32,000 nucleotides of DNA from Patescibacteria group bacterium (GTDB lineage Bacteria > Patescibacteriota > Patescibacteriia > 2-01-FULL-39-33): assembly GCA_041649575.1 (NCBI GenBank), contig JBAZMW010000003.1, forward strand, positions 120,001-152,000, read 5' to 3'. The stretch's first letter is position 1. Each line of letters begins with the position of its first letter. The notes below the pieces were generated by a model. The model made no database searches. It saw nothing but the letters and a program-made list of their open reading frames with translations, and was not told the origin of the DNA. The position numbers and the translations under genes are program-made. This document shows positions 18,536-26,289 of this stretch, piece after piece.

Positions 18536-19963
18536 TTAATTATTTATTAATTTATTTTGCTTTTCTGAACTTGAACCAGTTGCCGCATTAATTTCCATAA
18601 AACTATTTTCCTTGTATTTTTCCAAACGTTTTTTTATTTCCAAGACAATTTTATTAAAATCAACCACTTCCTGCACACCGCCCTCCATGTCGCGAATCAA
18701 AATAGTGCCGTCGCTGATCTCCTTTTGGCCCAAAATCAAGGTAAACTTTACTTTTAGTTTATTGGCTTGCTCCAATTGGTTTTTCAAGCTGTCCTTATAG
18801 AAAGCCTGGGCTAACCGAAAATCACTTTTTCTCAACTTTTCGTATAAAACCATGGCTTTTCTCTTGGCCGGCTCTCCCAGTTGAGCCAAAAAGATATCCG
18901 GCTGATAAATTTCTGGTATGGCAATTTCTTTTTCTCTTAATTTGGCGACCAGGCGATCCAGACCCATGGCCAGGCCCACTCCCGGCGTCTCCTCTCGGCC
19001 ACCCATAATTTTGACCAAACCGTCATAACGACCGCCGCCGCCAAAAGCATTCTTGCCTTCGTTATCATCAATCGACCAATATTCAAAAATAGTTTTGGTG
19101 TAATAATCCAGGCCCCGAACAATATAAGGATTTAAAACATAAGGCAAGTCTAATTCGTCCAGATACTCGACTACCTTCATAAAATGAGTTTTGCATTCTT
19201 CATCAAGATAATCTAAAATTTGTGGCGCCTCTTCGCGTAAATTGCGACAACTCTCCTCTTTGCAATCCAGTAATCTTAAAGGGTTTTTTGTCAAACGCAC
19301 CTTACAGCTTTCGCATAACAATTTGGCTTTGGGACGATAATATTTCACCAATTCTTTTTTGTACTCTTCGCGGCAAGCCGGACAACCAATACTATTAACC
19401 TGAATTATCGATTCTAAGCCCAATTCATTCAAACTATTCCAGCCCATCAGGATTAATTGAGCGTCAAGGGCCGGGCTAATTTCTCCAATGGCTTCCCAGC
19501 CAAATTGATAGAACTGCCGGAACCGGCCGGATTGAGGTTTTTCATGACGAAACATCGGACCAAGATAAAACAGCTTGACGGGTTGCGGCTGATTGATCAT
19601 CCCGTGCTGAATATAGGCTCGCACCACCGAAGCGGTCATTTCTGGACGCAGCGCCAGCTGATCACCGCCCTGATCAACAAAGGCAAACATTTCTTTTTCT
19701 ATCACGTCTGTCTGTTTACCAATACCGCGAACAAAAACTTCCAAATTTTCGAGGATGGGAGTGTTGATTAGAGAGTAGCCATAATCTAAACTAATCTTGG
19801 TCGCAATTTTTTTGACCATTTCCCAATACTTTTGATCTTGTGGCAAAATGTCGCGCATACCAGTAACAGTCGAGAGCTCCCTCTTGCCCTTGCGTTGTTT
19901 TTTGCCAGTCTTAGCTTCACTATCTTTGTCTGCTTTTTTTTCTATTTTTTTTGGTCTAGCCAT
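18536..19963 (-). CDS. hisS: Histidyl-tRNA synthetase
   Basis: 475 aa; GMRDILPQDQKYW, class II motif FYLGPMFRHEKPQSGRFRQFYQFGWEAIG, histidine motif VRGLDYYTKTIFEY, GGGRYDGLV. Carries an N-terminal Lys-rich extension. Confidence 0.96.
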   Translation of the reverse strand: MARPKKIEKKADKDSEAKTGKKQRKGKRELSTVTGMRDILPQDQKYWEMVKKIATKISLDYGYSLINTPILENLEVFVRGIGKQTDVIEKEMFAFVDQGGDQLALRPEMTASVVRAYIQHGMINQPQPVKLFYLGPMFRHEKPQSGRFRQFYQFGWEAIGEISPALDAQLILMGWNSLNELGLESIIQVNSIGCPACREEYKKELVKYYRPKAKLLCESCKVRLTKNPLRLLDCKEESCRNLREEAPQILDYLDEECKTHFMKVVEYLDELDLPYVLNPYIVRGLDYYTKTIFEYWSIDDNEGKNAFGGGGRYDGLVKIMGGREETPGVGLAMGLDRLVAKLREKEIAIPEIYQPDIFLAQLGEPAKRKAMVLYEKLRKSDFRLAQAFYKDSLKNQLEQANKLKVKFTLILGQKEISDGTILIRDMEGGVQEVVDFNKIVLEIKKRLEKYKENSFMEINAATGSSSEKQNKLINN

Positions 19964-19971
19964 GTTTAGGA

Positions 19972-20598
19972 TTATTTATATTCTGGTGAATTAAAAACTG
20001 TCAGGCGAGTAAAGGGCCAACCTCTCAACCAAGTACGACCAATGATGAAATCGCGTTTAACCGGACCAAAAACTCGAGAATCAAGACTCTGGTCGCGGTT
20101 ATCTCCCAGTAAGAAATATTCATCATTATTTAAAGTGACATTGCTATAGCCTTCGAAGGGCAAATCGGTTTCCATGCCCGGCATGAGATACTCTTCGGTT
20201 AGGGGACCACTAAAACTACCACTGGTAATAAAAACTCGTCCCGACTTGATCTCCACCCTGTCTCCCGGCAAACCCACAACCCTCTTAATAAAATATTGAC
20301 TAGGATCTTTGGGGTATTTAAAAACAACTATATCGCCACGTTTGGGTTCGGCGAACCGGTAACTAATCTCGTCGATTATGAGGTACTCATGATCATAAAA
20401 ATTCGGCTCCATGGAAGCACCTTTCACATAGAAAGGCTGAATCAGGAAATAACGAATCGGTAAAATAATAACCAGAGAAATGATCGAGACTTTGACCATT
20501 TCCCAAATAAACTCGACAACCGCCTTGGTTTTTGATCTTCTTACAACTGGCGGGTAGCCGGTCAAACCTAAATTATCATTCGGATCAAAATTATCCAT
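19972..20598 (-). CDS. lepB: Signal peptidase I
   Basis: 208 aa; FLIQPFYVKGASMEPNFYDHEYLIIDEISY (Ser motif), RGDIVVFKYPKDPSQYFIKRVVGLPGD (Lys motif), NDEYFLLGDNRDQSLDSRVFGPV. Confidence 0.95.
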   Translation of the reverse strand: MDNFDPNDNLGLTGYPPVVRRSKTKAVVEFIWEMVKVSIISLVIILPIRYFLIQPFYVKGASMEPNFYDHEYLIIDEISYRFAEPKRGDIVVFKYPKDPSQYFIKRVVGLPGDRVEIKSGRVFITSGSFSGPLTEEYLMPGMETDLPFEGYSNVTLNNDEYFLLGDNRDQSLDSRVFGPVKRDFIIGRTWLRGWPFTRLTVFNSPEYK

Positions 20599-20657
20599 GG
20601 TTTGGACTTTTCCCCTTTTTATTAGCGGAAAAATAATATTACTTGATATTTAATCTT

Positions 20658-20685
20658 ATTATAACACAAAATCAATATTTTACAA
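20658..20685 (-). promoter_or_regulatory. Predicted promoter for lepB (minus direction)
   Basis: Minus strand TTGTAA (20685-20680), 16-nt spacer, TATAAT (20663-20658). Confidence 0.45.
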
Positions 20686-20728
20686 TAGCTAAAATAATTA
20701 ATTTCAAGCATTACTATAACATTTTTCC

Positions 20729-20757
20729 TTGGCAAATTTCAAGTTATGGTTTATAAT
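20729..20757 (+). promoter_or_regulatory. Predicted sigma70-like promoter for the LCP-family gene
   Basis: TTGGCA (20729-20734), 17-nt spacer, TATAAT (20752-20757), 42 nt upstream of the ATG. Confidence 0.65.
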
Positions 20758-20798
20758 GATAATATTGCTAAAATTTTTAATCTAACCAAAAAATAATA

Positions 20799-22382
20799 AT
20801 GCCTAAAATCGAAGTTGATTTGTTGCCACCCCAGGAACCAGGTAGCGACATGCTATTGCCACGGCGCCGCCTAAGCTGGAAAAAAATCATTGCCAGTTTA
20901 ATAATAATCGCTATTATTGTGCTGGCGGTGTTTTCTTCTTCCGTGGTTTTTTCCGACGAAAGTCTAATAAAAAATTTATCAAAATTAAACTTTATTCAGC
21001 AGTTTGGAAGGTTAATCACCTCTCGCGACCGCGAGCTGTATGGCGAAAGCCAGGACCGGATAAACATCTTGATTATCGGCATGGGTGGCAAAAATCACGA
21101 AGGCGGCACACTGGCCGATACGATTATTTTGGGATCTTTCAAACCCAGCACCAAACAGGTGGCCATGATGTCAATTCCCAGAGACCTGACGGTACCCTGG
21201 AAAAACTACGGCTGGATTAGAATTAATGCGGTCAATGCTTATGCCGAAAAAGAACAAGCGGGCAGCGGCGGACCGGCGATGATAGAGCTGTTAGACAAAA
21301 TGCTTAATATCGACATCCATTATTATGTCACCATTGATTTTGACGGTTTTGAAAAAGTAATCGATGAATTCGGGGGCGTTGACATTAATGTAGACAAAGA
21401 TTTAATTGACTATCAATACCCTGTCCGAGGCCGGGAAGATGCTTACCCCATAGAAAGCCGCTTCGAAATTTTGAAAATCAAAAAGGGCCAGCAGCACATG
21501 AACGGGGAATTGGCCCTGAAATATGCTCGCAGCCGCCACGCTCTGGGGGCCGAGGGTTCTGATTTCGCCCGTTCACAACGACAACAAAAAGTGATTGTGG
21601 CCTTGAAAGAAAAAATTTTTTCGGCTGGCACTTTTTTTAGTCCTAAAAAAATTAATAGTTTACTTAGCGCTTACAACGAAAACATTAAGACTAATTTAGA
21701 AATCTGGGAGCTGCTACGGCTATCGCAGCTTGGGCAAAATACCGACACCTCGCAAATTATCAGCAAGTCAATAACCGACGGCGCCGACAGCCTGCTCTAC
21801 TCGAAAATGATAAACGGCGCTTACGTGCTGTTGCCCAAAAAAGGTAATTTCAGCGAACTAGCCAGCGCCTGGCAAAACATTTTTGGCGACTCTGGCGGCG
21901 CCCAAAACCAAACCAGTGGCTTAAATGTTCCCGCCGAACTGCTTAAAGCAGAAGAACAAAAGGCCAGCTCCAGCGAAACCAAAACTTCTAGCACTCCGGC
22001 AGAAACAAAACCCGAAACAGAGCAAACTGATCAGACAATTGGAGAGCAGGCGGCTAACGAAGAATTACCTTTCACCGAGGAAAAACCAAAAACCCTGCCA
22101 CAACCAGAGGGGGCCACTGTCGAAATCCAAAATGGCACCTTTATCACTGGTTGGGCGGCCAGAGAAAAAACCGCTTTAGAAAATGAGGATTTAAAGGTAG
22201 TCAAAACAGGCAATGCCTCTTTGCGTAATTATAATTCAATAATCATTTACGATTTTTCCGGAGATAAAAATCCGACCACTGCCGAAATTTTACGAAAAAA
22301 ATATGGCGTGGCCATAACTTCTAAAATTCCTAGCGGCCTAAATTCTGTGGCCGACTTTCTAATAATACTAGGCAAAAAATAA
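20799..22382 (+). CDS. LytR-CpsA-Psr family cell-wall glycopolymer transferase/attenuator with LytR_C-type C-terminal domain
   Basis: 527 aa; TM near N-terminus, INILIIGMGGKNHEGGTLADTIILGSFKPSTKQVAMMSIPRDLTVPW, INAVNAYAE, VDFDGFEKVIDEFGGVDINVDKDLID, LKYARSRHALGAEGSDFARSQRQQKVI; C-terminal ATVEIQNGTFITGWAARE. Confidence 0.93.
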   Translation: MPKIEVDLLPPQEPGSDMLLPRRRLSWKKIIASLIIIAIIVLAVFSSSVVFSDESLIKNLSKLNFIQQFGRLITSRDRELYGESQDRINILIIGMGGKNHEGGTLADTIILGSFKPSTKQVAMMSIPRDLTVPWKNYGWIRINAVNAYAEKEQAGSGGPAMIELLDKMLNIDIHYYVTIDFDGFEKVIDEFGGVDINVDKDLIDYQYPVRGREDAYPIESRFEILKIKKGQQHMNGELALKYARSRHALGAEGSDFARSQRQQKVIVALKEKIFSAGTFFSPKKINSLLSAYNENIKTNLEIWELLRLSQLGQNTDTSQIISKSITDGADSLLYSKMINGAYVLLPKKGNFSELASAWQNIFGDSGGAQNQTSGLNVPAELLKAEEQKASSSETKTSSTPAETKPETEQTDQTIGEQAANEELPFTEEKPKTLPQPEGATVEIQNGTFITGWAAREKTALENEDLKVVKTGNASLRNYNSIIIYDFSGDKNPTTAEILRKKYGVAITSKIPSGLNSVADFLIILGKK

Positions 22383-22459
22383 TGCGCGACACCTACTAGC
22401 CTTCGTTTTATTAAACCAATAAAAAAACACCGACCAGTCGCTGTCTCGAGTTTATTTTT

Positions 22460-23800
22460 TTATTTGGAGATTAAATCTTTGGTGAGAAATTCTTCCAAAG
22501 CCGCAAAACTAGCCATAACGTTCGCTGAGTTATTTTTCTCTCTTATGGCCCGTGACAGCTCAATCGTCTCTTCCCTTCTGCCTCGCTGGGCCGCAGCTAG
22601 CAGTAGAGCTAACTTATATTTAGGAACCGGGTCTAAAGCTAACTGAAGCGGGTCCTGATCCATTGCTCTAATAAAATCATCACTGACTTCATTAAGGTCT
22701 TGGCCACCGGTCAAGGCGGCTTCAAATTTTCCCCACGCAGTCATCACCCTTTTACCCCTGCTATCACCAATGGTTTTGAGCAGGGACTGGGCTTCGGTGA
22801 TATATCTATTGGTTTTTTTAACCATTGATTCTAAAAATTCTACTAGCTGTCCATCTCGCCGCTGATCACCATTTAGGCTTTCATAAACCTCCTTCTCAAT
22901 CTCCAACACGCTTTGCCCAGACACCCCCAAAACATCAACTTGCCTGGCCTTATCAAAATCTATTAAAAACAAACGTCCTTCGGCCCGCATTAAATTGCCC
23001 TGGTGTAAATCCAGATGAAAAAAGCCGGCGCCATGTAAAATTCTCAAAACCTCACGTAGAGCATTAATTTCTTCCTGGCTAATAATTCCGCTATTTCTTA
23101 ATTTTTCTTTTATAAATTTATCCCATTGCGGGGCTTCGCGGTGGCCATAAACACTGGAAATTAAAGCCAACAAATCTTCCCTGCCAATTTGAGAGATATA
23201 ATCCTCAACATCACCATTGGGACATTTGCTTCTAAATTTATCGGCTTCTTTTCTGATTAATTCCCGATAAGTGATTACCTCAAAATCATCGCCCTCCACC
23301 CTGTCCATTATGATAACTTCTACCTGGCCTAAATTTTTTGCCCCTAAGCTGGCGAGAAGTTTTTGGGTCTGTTCGCTTTGAATTGAAAGGTTATGATAAA
23401 CGGCTCTGGGAACGGCTACTTTTTGAGCCAGAGGACTATTGGCAATAATTTCTCCGGCTCTTGACTGCATTTGGCATTCCTGTTGACCTCTGCCTTTGGC
23501 ATAAATTTTTATAATTTTTAAAGCCAGCCCCGTTTCCGAACAACCCTCGGCCGTTGTTTCAAATAATTGAGGAAAAAACTCTAGCAAGCTTTCTCTGATA
23601 TTTTGAGGCAAAACTCTTAAATCCATCTCTAAAACTATGCCCGTACCGCCTTCACCGATTTTTTTATCAGCCGCGCCGCTTTTCAAAATAAATTCCAAAA
23701 GGGAGTCAACCGGCTCTCGGTTGCTGTCTTTTTCTTCTGCGTCGACTTCACTGGCCGCCACGCCAGAGAAATCTGGCGATTTTGGAGAAATTTTAGCCAT
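22460..23800 (-). CDS. Divergent protein-kinase-like protein
   Basis: 446 aa; KIGEGGTGIV (Gly loop-like), LALKIIKIY (VAIK-like), LHGAGFFHLDLHQGNLMRAEGRLFLIDFDKAR (HxD catalytic loop, N, and DFD in the DFG position). Confidence 0.65.
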   Translation of the reverse strand: MAKISPKSPDFSGVAASEVDAEEKDSNREPVDSLLEFILKSGAADKKIGEGGTGIVLEMDLRVLPQNIRESLLEFFPQLFETTAEGCSETGLALKIIKIYAKGRGQQECQMQSRAGEIIANSPLAQKVAVPRAVYHNLSIQSEQTQKLLASLGAKNLGQVEVIIMDRVEGDDFEVITYRELIRKEADKFRSKCPNGDVEDYISQIGREDLLALISSVYGHREAPQWDKFIKEKLRNSGIISQEEINALREVLRILHGAGFFHLDLHQGNLMRAEGRLFLIDFDKARQVDVLGVSGQSVLEIEKEVYESLNGDQRRDGQLVEFLESMVKKTNRYITEAQSLLKTIGDSRGKRVMTAWGKFEAALTGGQDLNEVSDDFIRAMDQDPLQLALDPVPKYKLALLLAAAQRGRREETIELSRAIREKNNSANVMASFAALEEFLTKDLISK

Positions 23801-23860
23801 AAAAATTTTACCTGTGTTCCCATCTTAACACAAAAAAATCATAACTGACAAGACAAAAAA

Positions 23861-23889
23861 TTGCTAATTGCTGCTTTTTCCGTTATTAT
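23861..23889 (+). promoter_or_regulatory. Predicted promoter for der
   Basis: TTGCTA (23861-23866), 17-nt spacer, TATTAT (23884-23889); the -10 ends 7 nt before the ATG at 23897. Confidence 0.55.
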
Positions 23890-23896
23890 TTTATAT

Positions 23897-25261
23897 ATGA
23901 AAGAAAAACTGCCTCAAGTCGCCATTGTCGGCCGCGCCAACGTCGGCAAATCCACTCTCTTTAACCGCCTAATCGAAAGAAACAAGGCGCTGGTTTCGTC
24001 TATAGGCGGCACTACCCGCGATAGAAATATCGACACGGTAAAATGGCGCGACCGGATTTTTACTTTAATCGACACTGGCGGTTTGGATATTGACAGGGGC
24101 ATCGAAGAGAAAATCGCCCAAGGCATCATCAGACAAGCAGAAAAAGGCATTGCTCAAGCCGATCTTATTCTTTTTTTGGTTGACGCCAGAAGCGGACTCT
24201 TGCCAACCGACAAAGAATTAGCGCAACAACTAATCAAAAACAAACTAAAAAATAAAATTCTACTAGTAGTCAATAAGGCCGATTCTTTGAAATGGCGTCA
24301 AAACACTTCCGAATTTTATAAATTGGGCTTGGGCGAGCCTCTTATGGTCTCGGCTTCCAACGGCTCTGGCAGCGGAGATTTATTGGATGTGATTTTGGAA
24401 AGATTGCCAGCTAAGAGCGCCCGGCCTTTAGCCACGGCCGAGAAGCTGCCAAGCATAAAAATTGCTATCGTCGGCAAGCCTAATGTCGGCAAATCGTCGA
24501 TTATGAATTCCATACTGGGCGAAGAGCGGGTAATTATTACCGACATTCCTCATACCACCAGAGAGGCTCACGACACCGAATTTATCTATCAAAATCACAA
24601 GTTTATTATCATTGACACGGCCGGCATCAGGAAACAAGGAAAAATCCAACCCCGAAGCCTGGAGAGAAAATCAGTGGACAAATCGCTGGCCGCCATTAAA
24701 GAAGCGGAAGTGGTGATTTTGGTAACCGAGGTGCAAAAAAAAATCGATACTCAAGACAAAAAAATATCGCAAGAAATTTTGGAGGCCAAAAAATCGCTGC
24801 TTATCGCCGCTAACAAGTGGGATTTGATTCCCGCCAAAGACGAAAAGACCATTAATAAATACATCAAATATTATCAGGCGGCTTTCCCCTACCTGTGGTG
24901 GGCGCCGCTGATTTTCGTTTCGGCCAAAGACAACCTGAGAACCAAAAAAATATTGGAGTTGATTTTGGAAATAAAAGCGTCGCGGGAAAAAGAAATCTCC
25001 GACAGCCAGCTAGAAAGATTCTTGAAATCGAAAATCAAGCAACATCGGCCCAGCCGCGGCCAGGGATTAAAAAACCCCTACATCTTCAAAATAGAACAAG
25101 CGGGAATCAATCCGCCGCGCTTTATTGTTTCTGTCAACGACCCAAAGATTTTGCATTTTTCCTATATCAGATTTCTGCAAAACAGCTTGCGGGAACAATT
25201 TAAACTAATTGGCACGCCTATACAAGTAGAAGTAAAAAAGTGGCAAAGAAAAAATTTATGA
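23897..25261 (+). CDS. der: Ribosome-associated GTPase Der (EngA)
   Basis: Two G domains: GRANVGKSTLFNRL...DTGG and GKPNVGKSSIMNSILGEERVIITDIPHTTREAHD...DTAG, NKWD; the supplied ORF starts at 23861, but the conserved start is MKEKLPQVAIVGRANVGKS at 23897. Confidence 0.96.
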   Translation: MKEKLPQVAIVGRANVGKSTLFNRLIERNKALVSSIGGTTRDRNIDTVKWRDRIFTLIDTGGLDIDRGIEEKIAQGIIRQAEKGIAQADLILFLVDARSGLLPTDKELAQQLIKNKLKNKILLVVNKADSLKWRQNTSEFYKLGLGEPLMVSASNGSGSGDLLDVILERLPAKSARPLATAEKLPSIKIAIVGKPNVGKSSIMNSILGEERVIITDIPHTTREAHDTEFIYQNHKFIIIDTAGIRKQGKIQPRSLERKSVDKSLAAIKEAEVVILVTEVQKKIDTQDKKISQEILEAKKSLLIAANKWDLIPAKDEKTINKYIKYYQAAFPYLWWAPLIFVSAKDNLRTKKILELILEIKASREKEISDSQLERFLKSKIKQHRPSRGQGLKNPYIFKIEQAGINPPRFIVSVNDPKILHFSYIRFLQNSLREQFKLIGTPIQVEVKKWQRKNL

Positions 25262-25824
25262 AATTAATCATCGGGCTGGGCAATCCCGGCAAAAAATACC
25301 AAAAGACTTGGCATAATCTGGGTTTTCTAATACTGGGGGAGTGGCAAAAAATTTTGGCCTTTCCCGCTTTCAAAAAACAACTTAAATTTCAAGCGGAAAC
25401 CAGCGAAGGAAAACTGGGCGAAGAAAAGATAATCCTGGCCAAACCATTGACCTACATGAATAATTCGGGAGAAGCCGTAGCTAAAATAAAAAACTACTAC
25501 CAGCTAGACCTGGATCAGATAATTGCCATTCATGATGATATCGACTTACCGCTAGGCAAGATCCGATTGGCCAAAAATTCATCGGCCGGCGGCCATAACG
25601 GAGTCAAATCGCTGATAGAAACTTTGGGCTCGCAAAATTTCTGGCGCCTAAAAATCGGCGTCAAGACGCCACGACTGGAAAAGATTAAGGCGGAAGATTA
25701 TGTTTTGGAAAAATTTAATAAACAACAAGAACTAGAAATCGCCAAAATAAAAAAAACAGCCGTAGCCGCGCTGGAAACCGGCCTGGACAAAAACTGGGAG
25801 ACGGCCATGAATCTTTACAATTAG
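25258..25824 (+). CDS. pth: Peptidyl-tRNA hydrolase
   Basis: MKLIIGLGNPGKKYQKTWHNLGF, PLTYMNNSGEAV, IHDDIDLPLGKIRL, GGHNGVKSLIE. ATG overlaps the der stop (ATGA). Confidence 0.95.
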   Translation: MKLIIGLGNPGKKYQKTWHNLGFLILGEWQKILAFPAFKKQLKFQAETSEGKLGEEKIILAKPLTYMNNSGEAVAKIKNYYQLDLDQIIAIHDDIDLPLGKIRLAKNSSAGGHNGVKSLIETLGSQNFWRLKIGVKTPRLEKIKAEDYVLEKFNKQQELEIAKIKKTAVAALETGLDKNWETAMNLYN

Positions 25825-25893
25825 AAAAGGCCTCGTTTCACCTGGGCTTGGCCTCGGGCGGTTGCCTAAGGCTAATTAAAGTGAAATGAGACC
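25825..25893 (-). terminator. Candidate terminator closing the minus-strand ncRNA/tRNA unit
   Basis: Minus strand GGTCTCATTTCAC (25893-25881) pairs with GTGAAACGAGGCC (25841-25829) with one mismatch and one G-U, followed by TTTTCTAATT. Confidence 0.5.
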
Positions 25894-25987
25894 TCGCGAA
25901 AGTGCTTGGAGATGGAGGCAGGTATTCCGATTGCCCGTCTCGCCGAAGACGAAGCCGAGGCGGAAGCTACCCCCTCACTGAAAACCT

Positions 25988-26063
25988 TGGTGGACGCCGA
26001 CGGGATCGAACCGCCATCTCTCCTGGTGCTAGCAGGCCGCTCTACCAATTAAGCTACACGTCC
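25988..26063 (-). tRNA. tRNA-like gene, apparent anticodon AGC (Ala codon GCU), with non-canonical pairs; possibly degenerate
   Basis: GGACGTGTAGCTTAATTGGTAGAGCGGCCTGCTAGCACCAGGAGAGATGGCGGTTCGATCCCGTCGGCGTCCACCA; cloverleaf folds with D stem GCTT/GAGC, T arm GGCGG-TTCGATC-CCGTC and encoded CCA, but 7:66 is G:G and 27:43 is G:A. Confidence 0.65.
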
Positions 26064-26074
26064 ACCAAATAGCT

Positions 26075-26152
26075 TGGCTCCCCGGGGAAGGATTTGAACC
26101 TCCGACCTAGTAGTTAACAGCTACCCGCTCTACCGGGCTGAGCTACCGGGGA
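26075..26152 (-). tRNA. tRNA-Asn (GTT), with an apparent extra nucleotide between T stem and acceptor strand
   Basis: TCCCCGGTAGCTCAGCCCGGTAGAGCGGGTAGCTGTTAACTACTAGGTCGGAGGTTCAAATCCTTC-C-CCGGGGAGCCA; loop CTGTTAA, discriminator G, encoded CCA. Confidence 0.8.
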
Positions 26153-26199
26153 ACATGAGAACACGAGTACTAATTCAACTAGCTACCTAGAGAATAGTT

Positions 26200-26274
26200 T
26201 GGTTTCCCGGGGAGGGTTCGAACCTCCGACCTGGTGGTTAACAGCCACCCGCTCTACCACTGAGCTACCAGGAA
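26200..26274 (-). tRNA. tRNA-Asn (GTT)
   Basis: TTCCTGGTAGCTCAGTGGTAGAGCGGGTGGCTGTTAACCACCAGGTCGGAGGTTCGAACCCTCCCCGGGAAACCA; all stems pair, loop CTGTTAA, encoded CCA. Confidence 0.93.
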
Positions 26275-26289
26275 ACACGAGAACGAGTG

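Noticed and set aside
25258-25824. Supplied ORF start of pth at 25240 and of der at 23861
   Set aside because: The extra residues come from the overlapping gene or promoter region; conserved starts are MKLIIGLGNPG and MKEKLPQVAIVG.
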